64,000 nt of DNA from Parcubacteria group bacterium (GCA_943350175.1 CALQZX010000001.1:97702-161701); one strand, 5' to 3'; shown: positions 27,931 through 37,701, counted from the first letter of the stretch. The notes: a model not told the origin generated them from the letters alone. Translations and numbers: made by a program.

Positions 27931-28001
27931 TCTATCGCTCAAAAGCACAATACAAATATTCTTATTATACTTTAAGCTTGTAAAGTATAATAAGATATGT
28001 T

Positions 28002-29159
28002 ATGTTTACAGTAATTATGAAAAATTTTATTGCTGGTCAACATAGGACTATTAGGGCGAATACTGCTCTCGAATACCAGAGTTTTCTCCCAAATTTAATT
28101 AATAAGCCTTTTATTGCTAATAATCAATCAACTATAATTCTTCTTGAAGAAGCAACTCGTTTATTGGGAGAGTTAAATGCTTATTCCCGCTTAGTGCCAA
28201 ATATTGATTATTTCATTCAAATGCATGTGAAAAGTGAGGCTGTTAGTTCTTCTAAAATTGAAGGAACGCGCACTGAAATAGATGAGGCGCTACTGCCTGA
28301 AGAAGAAATCGACCCAGAGCGTCGCGATGATTGGCGAGAAGTGCACAATCATATTGAAGCTATGAATTGGTCTGTCTCTGAATTGAATAGACTACCAGTA
28401 TCTTTGCGTTTAATTAAAAAAACACACAAGCGACTGCTGAGTGGAGTGAGAGGCAATTACAAGATGCCTGGAGAAATTCGTACGAGTCAAAATTGGATTG
28501 GTGGATCGTCAATTCGTACAGCTCATTTTGTTCCTCCTGTGCCAGAAGAACTTGGAATTTTACTATCTGATTTTGAAAAATTTTGGCACAACACGGAATT
28601 AAATATTCCAGTTCTGATTAAAATTGCCATTATGCATTATCAATTTGAGACGATTCACCCATTTCTAGATGGAAATGGTCGCTTGGGTCGTTTGTTAATT
28701 ACTTTGCAGCTCATCGAACGACAGTTTTTATCTAAGCCAGTTCTATATATTTCTGATTATTTTGAAGAATATCGTCAATCTTATTATGAAACATTGGATT
28801 TTGTGCGCAAAACCAACGATTTGGAGAGTTGGGTGAGATTTTTTTTGGAAGGAATAGTGATGACCAGCAACAAGGGTAAACAAAAACTAGAAAATATTAT
28901 TGCTTTACGCGAACAATACGAATCTAAAATTGCTACCTTAGGACGTAGAGTGCCTACAGCAAGAAAGCTACTCATTCATCTTTTCTCTCAGCCCATTACT
29001 AACGTTAAGAATATCGCTGAAGTCCTCGATTTGAGTTTTAGAGCTGCCAATGATTTAGTTGACAGCATGACTAAAATTGATATTTTGCAGGAAAAAACAG
29101 GCTATTCTAGAAATCGTTTGTTTGAAATGAAGGCATATTTAATGTTGTTCAGAAGGTAA
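28002..29159 (+). CDS. Fic family protein (AMPylase-type, with N-terminal inhibitory motif)
   Basis: 385 aa. Fic active-site motif HPFLDGNGRLGR, upstream inhibitory-helix motif SSSKIEGT ([ST]xxxE[GN]). Confidence 0.85.
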   Translation: MFTVIMKNFIAGQHRTIRANTALEYQSFLPNLINKPFIANNQSTIILLEEATRLLGELNAYSRLVPNIDYFIQMHVKSEAVSSSKIEGTRTEIDEALLPEEEIDPERRDDWREVHNHIEAMNWSVSELNRLPVSLRLIKKTHKRLLSGVRGNYKMPGEIRTSQNWIGGSSIRTAHFVPPVPEELGILLSDFEKFWHNTELNIPVLIKIAIMHYQFETIHPFLDGNGRLGRLLITLQLIERQFLSKPVLYISDYFEEYRQSYYETLDFVRKTNDLESWVRFFLEGIVMTSNKGKQKLENIIALREQYESKIATLGRRVPTARKLLIHLFSQPITNVKNIAEVLDLSFRAANDLVDSMTKIDILQEKTGYSRNRLFEMKAYLMLFRR

Positions 29160-29161
29160 TT

Positions 29162-29782
29162 TTAATACCTAAACTTCCTAATCAATCCCACTACTCTGCC
29201 TTGAATCTGGACATTGGTGGCATAGATAGGACTCATACTGGAGTTAGCTGGTTCTAGACGAATACGCGTGACTTCTTTGTAGAATCTTTTCAAAGTAGCT
29301 AGTCCGTTGTCTAGTAAAGCCACCACAATGTCGCCATTACTAACTTCTGGAGTTTCTTCGATGACAACATAGTCGCCGTCATCAATGTGGTCTTCAATCA
29401 TGGATTTGCCACGAACTTGTAAGACATAGGCTCTCTTCTTGCCAGTAATCATTTCTGGAGAGACTTTGAAGCTAGCATTCGGGTCAGTGTGGGGTTCAAT
29501 TGGTGAACCAGCAGCGATAAAACCTAAGAAAGGCAAATCGACGCTATCGGTGATGTTGAGAAAAGTGCGATCAACTAATTCGATACCGCGCACTGCACCT
29601 TCGTGCTTACGAATGACCTTTTTACGTTCCAAAGCCTGCAGATGTTCATGAACAGTGGCGAGAGAAGAAACGCCAATCGATTCGGCTATTTCCTTGAGGG
29701 TTGGTGAATAGCCATTCTTCTGGACATATTGAGCGATGAAGTCGACAATTTGACGCTGTCTTTTGTATAAAGTGACTGCCAT
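29162..29782 (-). CDS. lexA: LexA repressor (S24 peptidase)
   Basis: 206 aa. N-terminal wHTH (SPTLKEIAESIGVSS..TVHEHL), Ala-Gly cleavage region, Ser (GKSMIED) and Lys (LATLKRF) catalytic dyad. Confidence 0.85.
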   Translation of the reverse strand: MAVTLYKRQRQIVDFIAQYVQKNGYSPTLKEIAESIGVSSLATVHEHLQALERKKVIRKHEGAVRGIELVDRTFLNITDSVDLPFLGFIAAGSPIEPHTDPNASFKVSPEMITGKKRAYVLQVRGKSMIEDHIDDGDYVVIEETPEVSNGDIVVALLDNGLATLKRFYKEVTRIRLEPANSSMSPIYATNVQIQGRVVGLIRKFRY

Positions 29783-29918
29783 AGACTGGTTCCTTTTCTC
29801 GTTAAAAGTAATTCAAATAAATAACGAAGATTAACCATAAAATAAACGAAAAAAAGGCAAAGGTCAACGGGTAATTTTCGGTTTTTGGGAAAGAACTCAA
29901 GCGCTAGCCAATAGAATA

Positions 29919-31175
29919 CTAAGCAGCAGTCTGAGTTTCTCTATAAATTTCCATGAGACGATTGTATTTGACAACCCGTTCTCCCCTGTTGATTGGGCCA
30001 AATTTGACGTAGTTGGCACCCACAGCGACTGCTAGGTCAACGATGAGCGTTTCGTTGGTTTCACCGCTACTGTGAGAGATGACGAGATCCAACTTAGAAT
30101 CCTTGACCAGCTTAATACTTTCCATGGTTTCACTGATAGTGCCCAATTGTTTTGGTTTGATGACGACGGCGTTAAAATCTTGGTCTTTGATGCCTTTGCT
30201 GATCAGAGAAGCTCTTGAGGAAACGCTGTTGCAGGCTGCAATGGTGGTGGTTTTACCAATTTCACGGACCAATTCTTCCCACTTATTGGTTTCACTGTCC
30301 ACAAAAGGATCTTCAATGTAAATTAACTTATAGCTTTCTCGCATTTTTTTGTACAAATTAATCAAATCATTGGCATTCATACTTTCGTTGCTATCGCGAA
30401 CGCGATATTTAGAAGCTTCAAAAATATCATAGGCTGCAGCGTTGAGGCCAAAAAAAAGATCTTGAGCAAAATTGTAGGGGCTTTGTCTAATAGCCTCAAT
30501 CATCAGCTCAAAAGCATCGGTATTTTTGTAGAGATTTGGACTATAGCCACCTGTAATGCCGACCGAGTGAATAGCTCCTTTGGAAATTAATAAATCTTCT
30601 ATTTTTTGTTTAAGGACCACGGCCATTTCAATTGATTTATCAATCGACATGTGACTGGCTGGAATAATGAAGAATTCACGGAAGTCTAAATTTTTGCCGC
30701 CATGAGCACCACCGTCCAAGGCAGTGATAATGCAGTTTGGCATGCTAATTTCACTCACGAGCTGGTATTTTTTCTGGATGTATTGGTATAAAGGCAAGCC
30801 GACGCTTAAAGCTCCAGCTTTTAGCACTGCTTGCGAGACTGCTAAAATAGCGTTAGCACCAAGCTTTTTTTTATTGGGAGTGCCATCCAAATTAATCAAA
30901 AGTTGATCAATGTCTCTTTGCTTGAGCACGTCCTTGCCTACCAATTGAGGGGCGATAATTTGATTGATGTTGTCGATGGCTTTTGATACGCCAAGGCCAC
31001 CCATTCTTTGATCCCCATCACGCAGTTCAAAGGAGTCGTGGCTTTTTTGAGAAATGGTAGTTGGAACAGTGGTGATTACTGAAAAACCATTATCTAGCCA
31101 CAAGATAAGTTCAATCGTTGGCCAACCACGACCATCAAGAATTTCTCGAGCCTGCAAAGCATAAATTAAAGCCAT
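29919..31175 (-). CDS. Enolase-family paralog (divergent second enolase)
   Basis: 418 aa. N-terminus ALQAREILDGRGWPTIE and C-terminal SHSSGETNETLIVDLAVA...KFGPINRGERVVKYNRL align with enolase but are diverged from the canonical copy at 16074. Confidence 0.7.
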   Translation of the reverse strand: MALIYALQAREILDGRGWPTIELILWLDNGFSVITTVPTTISQKSHDSFELRDGDQRMGGLGVSKAIDNINQIIAPQLVGKDVLKQRDIDQLLINLDGTPNKKKLGANAILAVSQAVLKAGALSVGLPLYQYIQKKYQLVSEISMPNCIITALDGGAHGGKNLDFREFFIIPASHMSIDKSIEMAVVLKQKIEDLLISKGAIHSVGITGGYSPNLYKNTDAFELMIEAIRQSPYNFAQDLFFGLNAAAYDIFEASKYRVRDSNESMNANDLINLYKKMRESYKLIYIEDPFVDSETNKWEELVREIGKTTTIAACNSVSSRASLISKGIKDQDFNAVVIKPKQLGTISETMESIKLVKDSKLDLVISHSSGETNETLIVDLAVAVGANYVKFGPINRGERVVKYNRLMEIYRETQTAA

Positions 31176-31199
31176 AACTAAAGTATAGAGAATTGCCGT

Positions 31200-32282
31200 C
31201 TACTTTTCTAGCTCTGCTTTAAACCAATCCACCATTGGAATTGGGCACGGATCCATACCTTCCAAATAAGCCAAATAAAGATTGGTGAAAGTGTTGAGAG
31301 TGAGCAATTCAAAGGCCTGCATTAGCTTGGTTTCAGAAACAAGATGGATTATTAGGCTTTCGAGACCAGCTTTTTCCACAGCTTTTTGAGTCAAATCTAT
31401 GCGTTTTTGAATTTCACTGCGGTATAGATTGGATTGAAAAAAGACAAAGAAATGGTTGAGAGCATTGCTTTTTGGAAAAGTTAAGCCTTCCAACAAGTGG
31501 TGATTGATCTCTGGAATAATTTTGTAATCGCCATAAATCTTGGAGTTTTCATTGAGTTGATTGGCGCCGATGTGCAGAGCACCTTCTAGGAAAGAGGCGC
31601 CAACTAAGATTGGTCTTCTCTCCAAGAACATGTAGGCCAAAAGCTTGGCTTGGTTTTTGTCCTGAGCGACTTCGATGACGCAGTTTTGAGTGGTTTTTTC
31701 GATGGCAAAAATTACTTGATCAAAATCTTCTTCATCAAATTTAATCAAACCTAATTTTTTGAGCATGACGATGATCGCCATGATGTTGTAGGCAGTGGCC
31801 ATGCGTGGTTGATTGGATGGATTGAACTTTGGATTAATGAAGTAACTTGGATAGTTTTTTTCTTTTGCCAATTGTCCAAGCTTTCCACCAGAGGCAATGA
31901 CGGCAATCATCGCGCCTTTTTTATTAGCTTCTGCTGCGCAATTTAAAGTTTCTTCAGTACTGCCGGAGTAGCTACTTAAGATGACAAAAGTGTTTTGGCC
32001 AACATAATTTGGCAACTCGTAATCTTTGCAAATTTCCAAGGAGACTGGCAATTCTTCTTTGTAAAGATTTCTCACCAAATCAGCGCCAAGGGCTGAACCA
32101 CCCATACCAGCAACAACAATGTTTTGGATATTTTTGTAGGCACTGACGTCAATCTGATCTTGTTCTTCCCAGACTTGTCTGACTTGATCAGTGATGCTCT
32201 CTGCCGAGGCTAGAGCGCCATCAGGATCAATTTCTTTAATTTTGCTGCGATCATCTAAGATTGCGGTAAGTGACATAAACAT
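31200..32282 (-). CDS. Bifunctional phosphoglucose/phosphomannose isomerase (SIS-domain, archaeal-type PGI/PMI)
   Basis: 360 aa. Two SIS-like halves (VVAGMGGSALGADL...ILSSYSGSTEETL). Confidence 0.7.
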   Translation of the reverse strand: MFMSLTAILDDRSKIKEIDPDGALASAESITDQVRQVWEEQDQIDVSAYKNIQNIVVAGMGGSALGADLVRNLYKEELPVSLEICKDYELPNYVGQNTFVILSSYSGSTEETLNCAAEANKKGAMIAVIASGGKLGQLAKEKNYPSYFINPKFNPSNQPRMATAYNIMAIIVMLKKLGLIKFDEEDFDQVIFAIEKTTQNCVIEVAQDKNQAKLLAYMFLERRPILVGASFLEGALHIGANQLNENSKIYGDYKIIPEINHHLLEGLTFPKSNALNHFFVFFQSNLYRSEIQKRIDLTQKAVEKAGLESLIIHLVSETKLMQAFELLTLNTFTNLYLAYLEGMDPCPIPMVDWFKAELEK

Positions 32283-32336
32283 TCGTAATTTAACCTTCCT
32301 CGTCAGATTAAATTACTCCTTTCTTTATAATATTTG

Positions 32337-33758
32337 TTAATCTAAAGCGTGAGTATTAGTGCCTTTTTCTAAGTCAATTTCTGAATATTTACTCAAAATA
32401 CCTTTGATAGTTTTTTTAAGAGATTCGTAGTCAGCTTGTGTTTTGGCCTCGAACTTTACAGTGGCGTATGGGCCATTTTGTGAAGCACGAATGATGGCCA
32501 TTTGATCTGGCAGATCCATTCTAATACCATCGATATCGATGTACTCTGCTGTTGGCCAGTTCTTCTTAAATTCAGCGGTGATGACTTCGGCAATAAACTT
32601 GAATTTTATATTATCTGCCAGGCCAAATTTAATTTCTGGACTACTGATGTATTTTGGTAATTTCTCCACCAATTGACTCAAAGTTTGGTCTTTTCTCTCT
32701 AGGTAAGATAAGAGACGCAAACAAGCGTAGGCGCCATCATCATGTCCGAAGAAATTGTCCATAAAGAAAATGTGGCCAGAAAGTTCGCCACCAAAAGGAG
32801 AGCGGGCTTCTTTGACTTTGGCTTTGATGAAAGAATGGCCGGTTAGCCACATCACTGGTTTGCCGCCAGCAGCAACGATGCTTTCGGTAACTTGTCTGGA
32901 ACAAAGGGTGTTGTAGACAATTGGAGCACCTGGCATAGTTTCGAGAACATCCTTGGCAAACAGCGCGACGATAACATCCATCCAGAGGATTTGACCCTTA
33001 TCATCGACCACTGACATGCGGTCGCCATCGGCATCAAAAGCAAAACCAAGATCAGCGCCATGTTCTTTGACGCCAATAGCCAGGCGTTCAAGAACTTTGC
33101 TCTCGGTTGGATCTGGATCGCCTAGTGGATAGCTGCTATCAAGATTGGTATTTTGCTCGATGATAGTGCAACCAGCTTCTCTAAAGATTCTTGGATAAAA
33201 CATGCCACCGGTGGCGTTACAGGTATCAATAACTATTTTCCAATTTTTCTTGAGTGAAAATAATTTTAATAAAGTTTGTAAATAAGCCGGGAAAAGATCG
33301 TCGCTTCGATTGCTGCCGTGACCTTCACTGAAAATACCTTTGGCAGCGATGTTACGCATCTCGATAATTTCTTCAGAAACCATAGTGTCAGAATAACCGA
33401 CGCTCAATTTCAAACCGTTGTAGTTGCCTGGATTGTGAGAGGCAGAAATCATCACTCCACCCTTGGTTTTATATTCATAAGAGGAATAATAGACGATTTG
33501 ACTCATGCTAAGGCCAATATTGATGGTATCGATTCCGCCATCATTGAGACCAGCGGTGACTGCTTTGGCGTAGGATTCGCCATTGCGGCGATTATCTCGG
33601 CCAACAGCAGCTTCTTTGATTCTTCTGGCAGCGAGAAAAGTAGCGTAAGCGCGACCGAGAGTGTAATAAACATCGTCATTAAGATCTTCGTCAATAACGC
33701 CACGAATATCGTATCCACGGAAGATATTTGGGTTAATGTTTTTAACGATGTTGTGCAT
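32337..33758 (-). CDS. Phosphomannomutase/phosphoglucomutase
   Basis: 473 aa. Active-site ISASHNPGNYNGLK, metal-binding DADGDR (FAFDADGDRM). Confidence 0.85.
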   Translation of the reverse strand: MHNIVKNINPNIFRGYDIRGVIDEDLNDDVYYTLGRAYATFLAARRIKEAAVGRDNRRNGESYAKAVTAGLNDGGIDTINIGLSMSQIVYYSSYEYKTKGGVMISASHNPGNYNGLKLSVGYSDTMVSEEIIEMRNIAAKGIFSEGHGSNRSDDLFPAYLQTLLKLFSLKKNWKIVIDTCNATGGMFYPRIFREAGCTIIEQNTNLDSSYPLGDPDPTESKVLERLAIGVKEHGADLGFAFDADGDRMSVVDDKGQILWMDVIVALFAKDVLETMPGAPIVYNTLCSRQVTESIVAAGGKPVMWLTGHSFIKAKVKEARSPFGGELSGHIFFMDNFFGHDDGAYACLRLLSYLERKDQTLSQLVEKLPKYISSPEIKFGLADNIKFKFIAEVITAEFKKNWPTAEYIDIDGIRMDLPDQMAIIRASQNGPYATVKFEAKTQADYESLKKTIKGILSKYSEIDLEKGTNTHALD

Positions 33759-33799
33759 AATTGTTTCCTTTCAATGCTAGTTAGACTAGCTACGCTAAT

Positions 33800-34486
33800 C
33801 TACATATTAAGTAGTAAAAGGTCAAGTTCAGCTGCCAGGCTCAGCAGACTGGCAGATTGTTTTTGTTTCTGATCGATTTGATAAAGCTGCTGGTGGATTT
33901 GGAGGAGTTTTTCTAGAGTAAATTCTCTAGCCTGTGATCTGAGTTTGCTCAGCATGAAAGGAGCCATTTTAAGTGTTTGTTCTTCTTTGACTTGAATCAG
34001 CATTCTGATTTGGCGCAGAATCATCAAAAAAACAAATTCAGCTCCATCGCTCTCCACACTTTCTTTGAGAAGTTTAAGTATGGCATTTTTATTTTTTGGA
34101 TTAGTGCTTAGGTGGTCCAAAAGTGACCATAATTTAACGGTAATTTTGAATTCAAAAACGGGAGCTGTGCTTGGCAATTTTTTGAAATCAGTTTTAGTGA
34201 GGAGTTTTTTTTCCCAAAGAATTATGTCAATTGATGCGGATGATATTAGATCTATAAATTCGTCTTTTTTCTTTGATTTGGGTAATGAATGTAAGCACTC
34301 AATAACCAGGATTTTTGAGCCGCCAAAGAGACTGTCGCTAAGCAGAGTTGATTCTAATTTAGCACGATCCATTTTTTCAGCTTCTAAGCTGACGATCTCT
34401 TGATTTTGTTTTTTGGCTTCACTGACAAGCTCACTTAATTTTTTTCTGGAAGCAACTTGATTTTCACCGTGAATGATTTTTAGCAT
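33800..34486 (-). CDS. holA: DNA polymerase III delta subunit-like (short HolA)
   Basis: 228 aa. N-terminal MLKIIHGENQ... (HolA-like 'iyl.yGed') and a helical C-terminal domain. Assignment by pattern only. Confidence 0.45.
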   Translation of the reverse strand: MLKIIHGENQVASRKKLSELVSEAKKQNQEIVSLEAEKMDRAKLESTLLSDSLFGGSKILVIECLHSLPKSKKKDEFIDLISSASIDIILWEKKLLTKTDFKKLPSTAPVFEFKITVKLWSLLDHLSTNPKNKNAILKLLKESVESDGAEFVFLMILRQIRMLIQVKEEQTLKMAPFMLSKLRSQAREFTLEKLLQIHQQLYQIDQKQKQSASLLSLAAELDLLLLNM

Positions 34487-34668
34487 GTTTCCATTTTTAT
34501 TTATGATAAGAACAATACGCTTTAAGAAGTCCGTAGAAGGCGCTGCAAACTAATTTAATTTAAATAGTTTGTTTTGAATCAGCGACTTCTTCGAGGTTAA
34601 AGAAGATTAATGGCTAATTTAAGCAATAATTTTAGTTAACCGTGACTTATTAAAGTGTGATGTTTGGT

Positions 34669-35325
34669 TTAATTATAGCGTTTTTTACGCAATTGACCTT
34701 TGTGAATTAAATATTCACTGTCGTATTTTTTGACGATTTCCCAGAACTTCTTGGAGTGATTCATTTCCAGGCGATGAGTTAATTCATGAATAATCACGTA
34801 ATCAATAATGGCCGGAGAGTAATGGACTAAGCGCCAATTAAAGTTCAGATTGCCATAAGAACTGCAACTTCCCCAACGACTGCTCTGCTCTTTGAGTGAA
34901 ATTCTTTTGTAGCTAATTTCCATTTTTTTTGCCAACTCTTGAGTTCTGGTTGATATATATTTTGAAGCTGTTTTCTTGAGGAATTCTTCGATTTGTTGCT
35001 GGATTTTGGCGGCTGTTTTGATTGACAGATTATTGACATGAATCTGACCATCTTTGACCGCCACCCCCATTTTGTCAGCAGCACTATTAATGACAACTTG
35101 GTATTTTTTGTCAAAAATATAGAGCTCGTCTGTTTTGACTTGGACTTGGTTTTTTTTGACTTTGGCTAGATTGTTTTCAATCCAATCCTTTTGACCTTCG
35201 ACAAATTTGCGAATTATGAATTCAGGAATCAACTTTGGAGCACTTACAATCACTTCTGCTTTGGCATTGATGCTAATGCGCAGCGACAGGGATTTACTTG
35301 ATCTTTTGATTTGGTAATTAATCAT
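34669..35325 (-). CDS. YgjP/DUF45 (M48/WLM-like) metal-dependent hydrolase
   Basis: 218 aa. HELTHRLEMNHSKKFW zinc-binding motif near the C-terminus. Confidence 0.75.
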   Translation of the reverse strand: MINYQIKRSSKSLSLRISINAKAEVIVSAPKLIPEFIIRKFVEGQKDWIENNLAKVKKNQVQVKTDELYIFDKKYQVVINSAADKMGVAVKDGQIHVNNLSIKTAAKIQQQIEEFLKKTASKYISTRTQELAKKMEISYKRISLKEQSSRWGSCSSYGNLNFNWRLVHYSPAIIDYVIIHELTHRLEMNHSKKFWEIVKKYDSEYLIHKGQLRKKRYN

Positions 35326-35394
35326 TGTCTGGTTCGCTTTGCATCTTTGACCGAGCTCCAGCGAGGGAATGTCCGAAGTGGAGGCGGAGGACGC

Positions 35395-35605
35395 ACATCA
35401 TTATAAATATAAGGTCCGAAATTCGCTTTGCATCTTTCGTACCAGCTGCTTTTTGCTTCAGCATCATCTTTCTTGCGAAAGCTGTTGCTGGGGTCCGAAA
35501 TTCGCTTTGCATCTTTCGTACCGCTTGGTCCGAAATTCGCTTTGCATCTTTCGTACCAGCTGCTTTTTGCTTACTGCAAAAAGACAGGGTCCGAAATATA
35601 ATACC
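35395..35605. repeat. Tandem hairpin direct repeats upstream of tRNA-Leu(TAG)
   Basis: 31-nt unit GGTCCGAAATTCGCTTTGCATCTTTCGTACC at 35413..35443, 35492..35522 and 35527..35557. Partial copies at ~35325 and 35588..35605. Units 1 and 3 are followed by AGCTGCTTTTTGCTT. Each unit is an imperfect hairpin (GGTCCGAAA/TTTCGTACC). The ORF-track ORFs here are spurious. Confidence 0.65.
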
Positions 35606-35614
35606 ACCTAATAA

Positions 35615-35695
35615 GCCCGGGTGGCGAAATGGTAGACGCGCATGTTTTAGGAGCATGTGGAGCAATCTATGGAGGTTCAAGTCCTCTCCCGGGCA
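35615..35695 (+). tRNA. tRNA-Leu (anticodon TAG)
   Basis: GCCCGGGTGGCGAAATGGTAGACGCG, anticodon arm CATGT-TTTAGGA-GCATG, long variable arm, T-arm GGTTCAAGTCC, acceptor CCCGGGC-A. A paralog of tRNA-Leu(GAG) at 8399. Confidence 0.85.
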
Positions 35696-35715
35696 CAAGA
35701 AGAGATATCAATGAT

Positions 35716-36225
35716 ATGAAAAAACGAATATATAAAAAATGGATTTATTTCTTAATTTTGCTATTCGTAGCAGGTTTTTTATTTCTAAGCAAGCTTGATA
35801 CTACGATACCCACAGTTAAATTGAAATTTGTGTCACGTGACCCGTTAAAAGAACAGCAACTAGAATATTCATACTCATATCAAGGTGACGACTTGATGAG
35901 AGGTAATAAATTTGGTGGTTATGGTTATTCGGAAATTAAAACTGCCATAACAGGTCAGATTGTTGAAATTCCAACAAAAAGAATTATTAGTTACTGGCCA
36001 TTTTCTAAATTTACCTATTTATTGATTAACGGTGATCAAATCGAGACATCTCAAGGATATTGTTCTTGGGCGGCAAGTATATGGGCTGATAAGCATAAAT
36101 CTTTACTAGATCAAGACAATAAAATTAAAGAAAATGTTGGAAGGCATCTTTATCTTATCAACACTAGTAGTGAATTTATTTTTGATAATGTGAAAGATAA
36201 AGTTATCGAGGTTAAGTGTCTATAA
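35716..36225 (+). CDS. Hypothetical membrane-anchored protein
   Basis: Start at MKKRIYKKWIYFLILLFVAGFLF (after the tRNA). ~169 aa. No motif. Confidence 0.4.
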   Translation: MKKRIYKKWIYFLILLFVAGFLFLSKLDTTIPTVKLKFVSRDPLKEQQLEYSYSYQGDDLMRGNKFGGYGYSEIKTAITGQIVEIPTKRIISYWPFSKFTYLLINGDQIETSQGYCSWAASIWADKHKSLLDQDNKIKENVGRHLYLINTSSEFIFDNVKDKVIEVKCL

Positions 36226-36449
36226 GAGTTTGTAGCGTTTAATCTTCTGAAAAAATGAACATGGTGTTTGGAAGATAAATTTAGAAATGGTTCGAAATTA
36301 AAATTATCTTCACACTAAAAGAGACAGCACTGTTATTAGGCGTGTAAATAGATTGATGTAGATTTTAAAACCTGAATAAGTCGCGATACATATTGCACTC
36401 CTAACAAGTAGTTCTATGTCTTCAGATATTCCCTCATTAAGATATGTAT

Positions 36450-37201
36450 TGTCCAATTTTCATCATGGGTATACTGCCATTTCGTCTCCATGTATTGGAG
36501 AATGATAAGGAGTATGGAGTGCAATCAACGCTCTCTGCTTTTGGGGTAAGCAGAAAAACATACTTTTACTGGCAATTACCCTCATGCAATCACGGGGGAG
36601 AATTGCCTCTCTTGTTCCCTTGAGTACTCGTCCTCATCACACTTGTCGTATGGTGATTGATAAGCTATTGCTTGCCTTCATTAAATTTATTCAAGAAACC
36701 TACGTTAGGATTGGGAAAGAAAAATTAGTGATTCTGGTCTCTGCCTATGCCAAATCACTGGGTGTTGGTGAGTATGGCGCTTCCAAGATGGGTGCGATCA
36801 TCACGAGCAACCACTACTTCTTTGATCCTCCCAAAAAAAGGAGGCAACCAACCTTTTTCAAATCAAGAGTAAGGAGGGTGGAAAAAGATATTGCGCCAGG
36901 ATACGTTGAGTAAGAGTTCTTCTTAAATTTTCATGAATATTTGGAAAAAGAAAATATTAAACACCAATTTACTTATCCAAGATCACCAAAGATTAATGGC
37001 GTGGTTGAAAGATTCAATGAAACCATTCAAGAAGAGTTTCTTCAAAGAAATGATGAGATCTACTTTGACTTAGAAGGATTTGAGGGTAAACTAACAAAGT
37101 ATTTAGATTGGTACAACACCAAACGACCACACATGGCACTTAATTATTTATCTCCAATGCAATTTATTCAAAGGAGTATTCCGGAAAGTATGTGCCTATA
37201 A
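36450..37201 (+). pseudogene. Degraded IS481/IS3-type DDE transposase (integrase-core, rve) remnant
   Basis: Frame-broken. Around 36500, ...GVSRKTYFYWQ resembles the transposase HTH 'vSRsTyyrW'. 36941..37201 encodes YPRSPKINGVVERFNETIQEEF...YNTKRPHMALNYLSPMQF, a typical rve-domain C-terminus. No intact ORF spans the element. Confidence 0.55.
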
Positions 37202-37265
37202 CATAAACCTTGACACTATATAGTTTATGTGCTAAACTATTCACATAATAAACAATATTTATATT

Positions 37266-37700
37266 ATGAATAATATCAACACAAAATTACTATCTGAATT
37301 TTTAAGCAAAGCAGTTAAAGTCCGCAGATTGATCGAACAGACGAGTTCGTTTGAAGATAAGGCGATCACACTACTTCAAGTTCAAGCACTTACTTACATT
37401 CACACCCATCCCAAAACTCCCGTAGGTTCACTAGCGGATGAGCTATCTATGTCACTGTCAGCAGTAGCGCAGCTTACCAATCGCCTAGCTGATGCAGGTT
37501 ATATTCAAAGAGAAGATAGCTTAACAGATCGCAGGATAATATGTCTTTCCATTACTCAGGAAGGTGCAAGGCAAATGGCAGTCTTTAAAAAACAATTAGA
37601 GAAAAATCATTTTAAAGTTTTATCAGCGATTCCGGAAAATGATCTTAAGGAATTAGTCCGCATATTTACCAACATTTTAGAGGTTCAAAACCAAGAATAA
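37266..37700 (+). CDS. MarR family transcriptional regulator
   Basis: 144 aa. wHTH LSMSLSAVAQLTNRLADAGYIQREDSLTDRR. Confidence 0.8.
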   Translation: MNNINTKLLSEFLSKAVKVRRLIEQTSSFEDKAITLLQVQALTYIHTHPKTPVGSLADELSMSLSAVAQLTNRLADAGYIQREDSLTDRRIICLSITQEGARQMAVFKKQLEKNHFKVLSAIPENDLKELVRIFTNILEVQNQE

Positions 37701-37701
37701 T

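Noticed and set aside
29783-29918. LexA operator (SOS box) upstream of lexA
   Set aside because: A plausible promoter (TTGACC-N17-TATTTT) is present, but I could not identify a convincing palindromic operator. GTTAAAAGTAATTCAAATAAATAAC is only weakly symmetric, so no SOS box is annotated.
35395-35605. Possible CRISPR array, given the ~31-nt direct repeats
   Set aside because: There are only three full repeats, with wildly irregular spacers (48 nt, then 5 nt), no cas genes nearby, and each repeat is internally palindromic with flanking shared sequence. It is better explained as a REP/MITE-like or leader repeat.
35318-35714. ORFs 35318..35698(-), 35325..35714(+) and 35369..35611(+)
   Set aside because: They span the tandem hairpin repeats and the tRNA-Leu(TAG) gene. 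Their amino-acid sequences are repetitive translations of the repeat unit, and the reciprocal overlap on both strands is typical of non-coding repeats.
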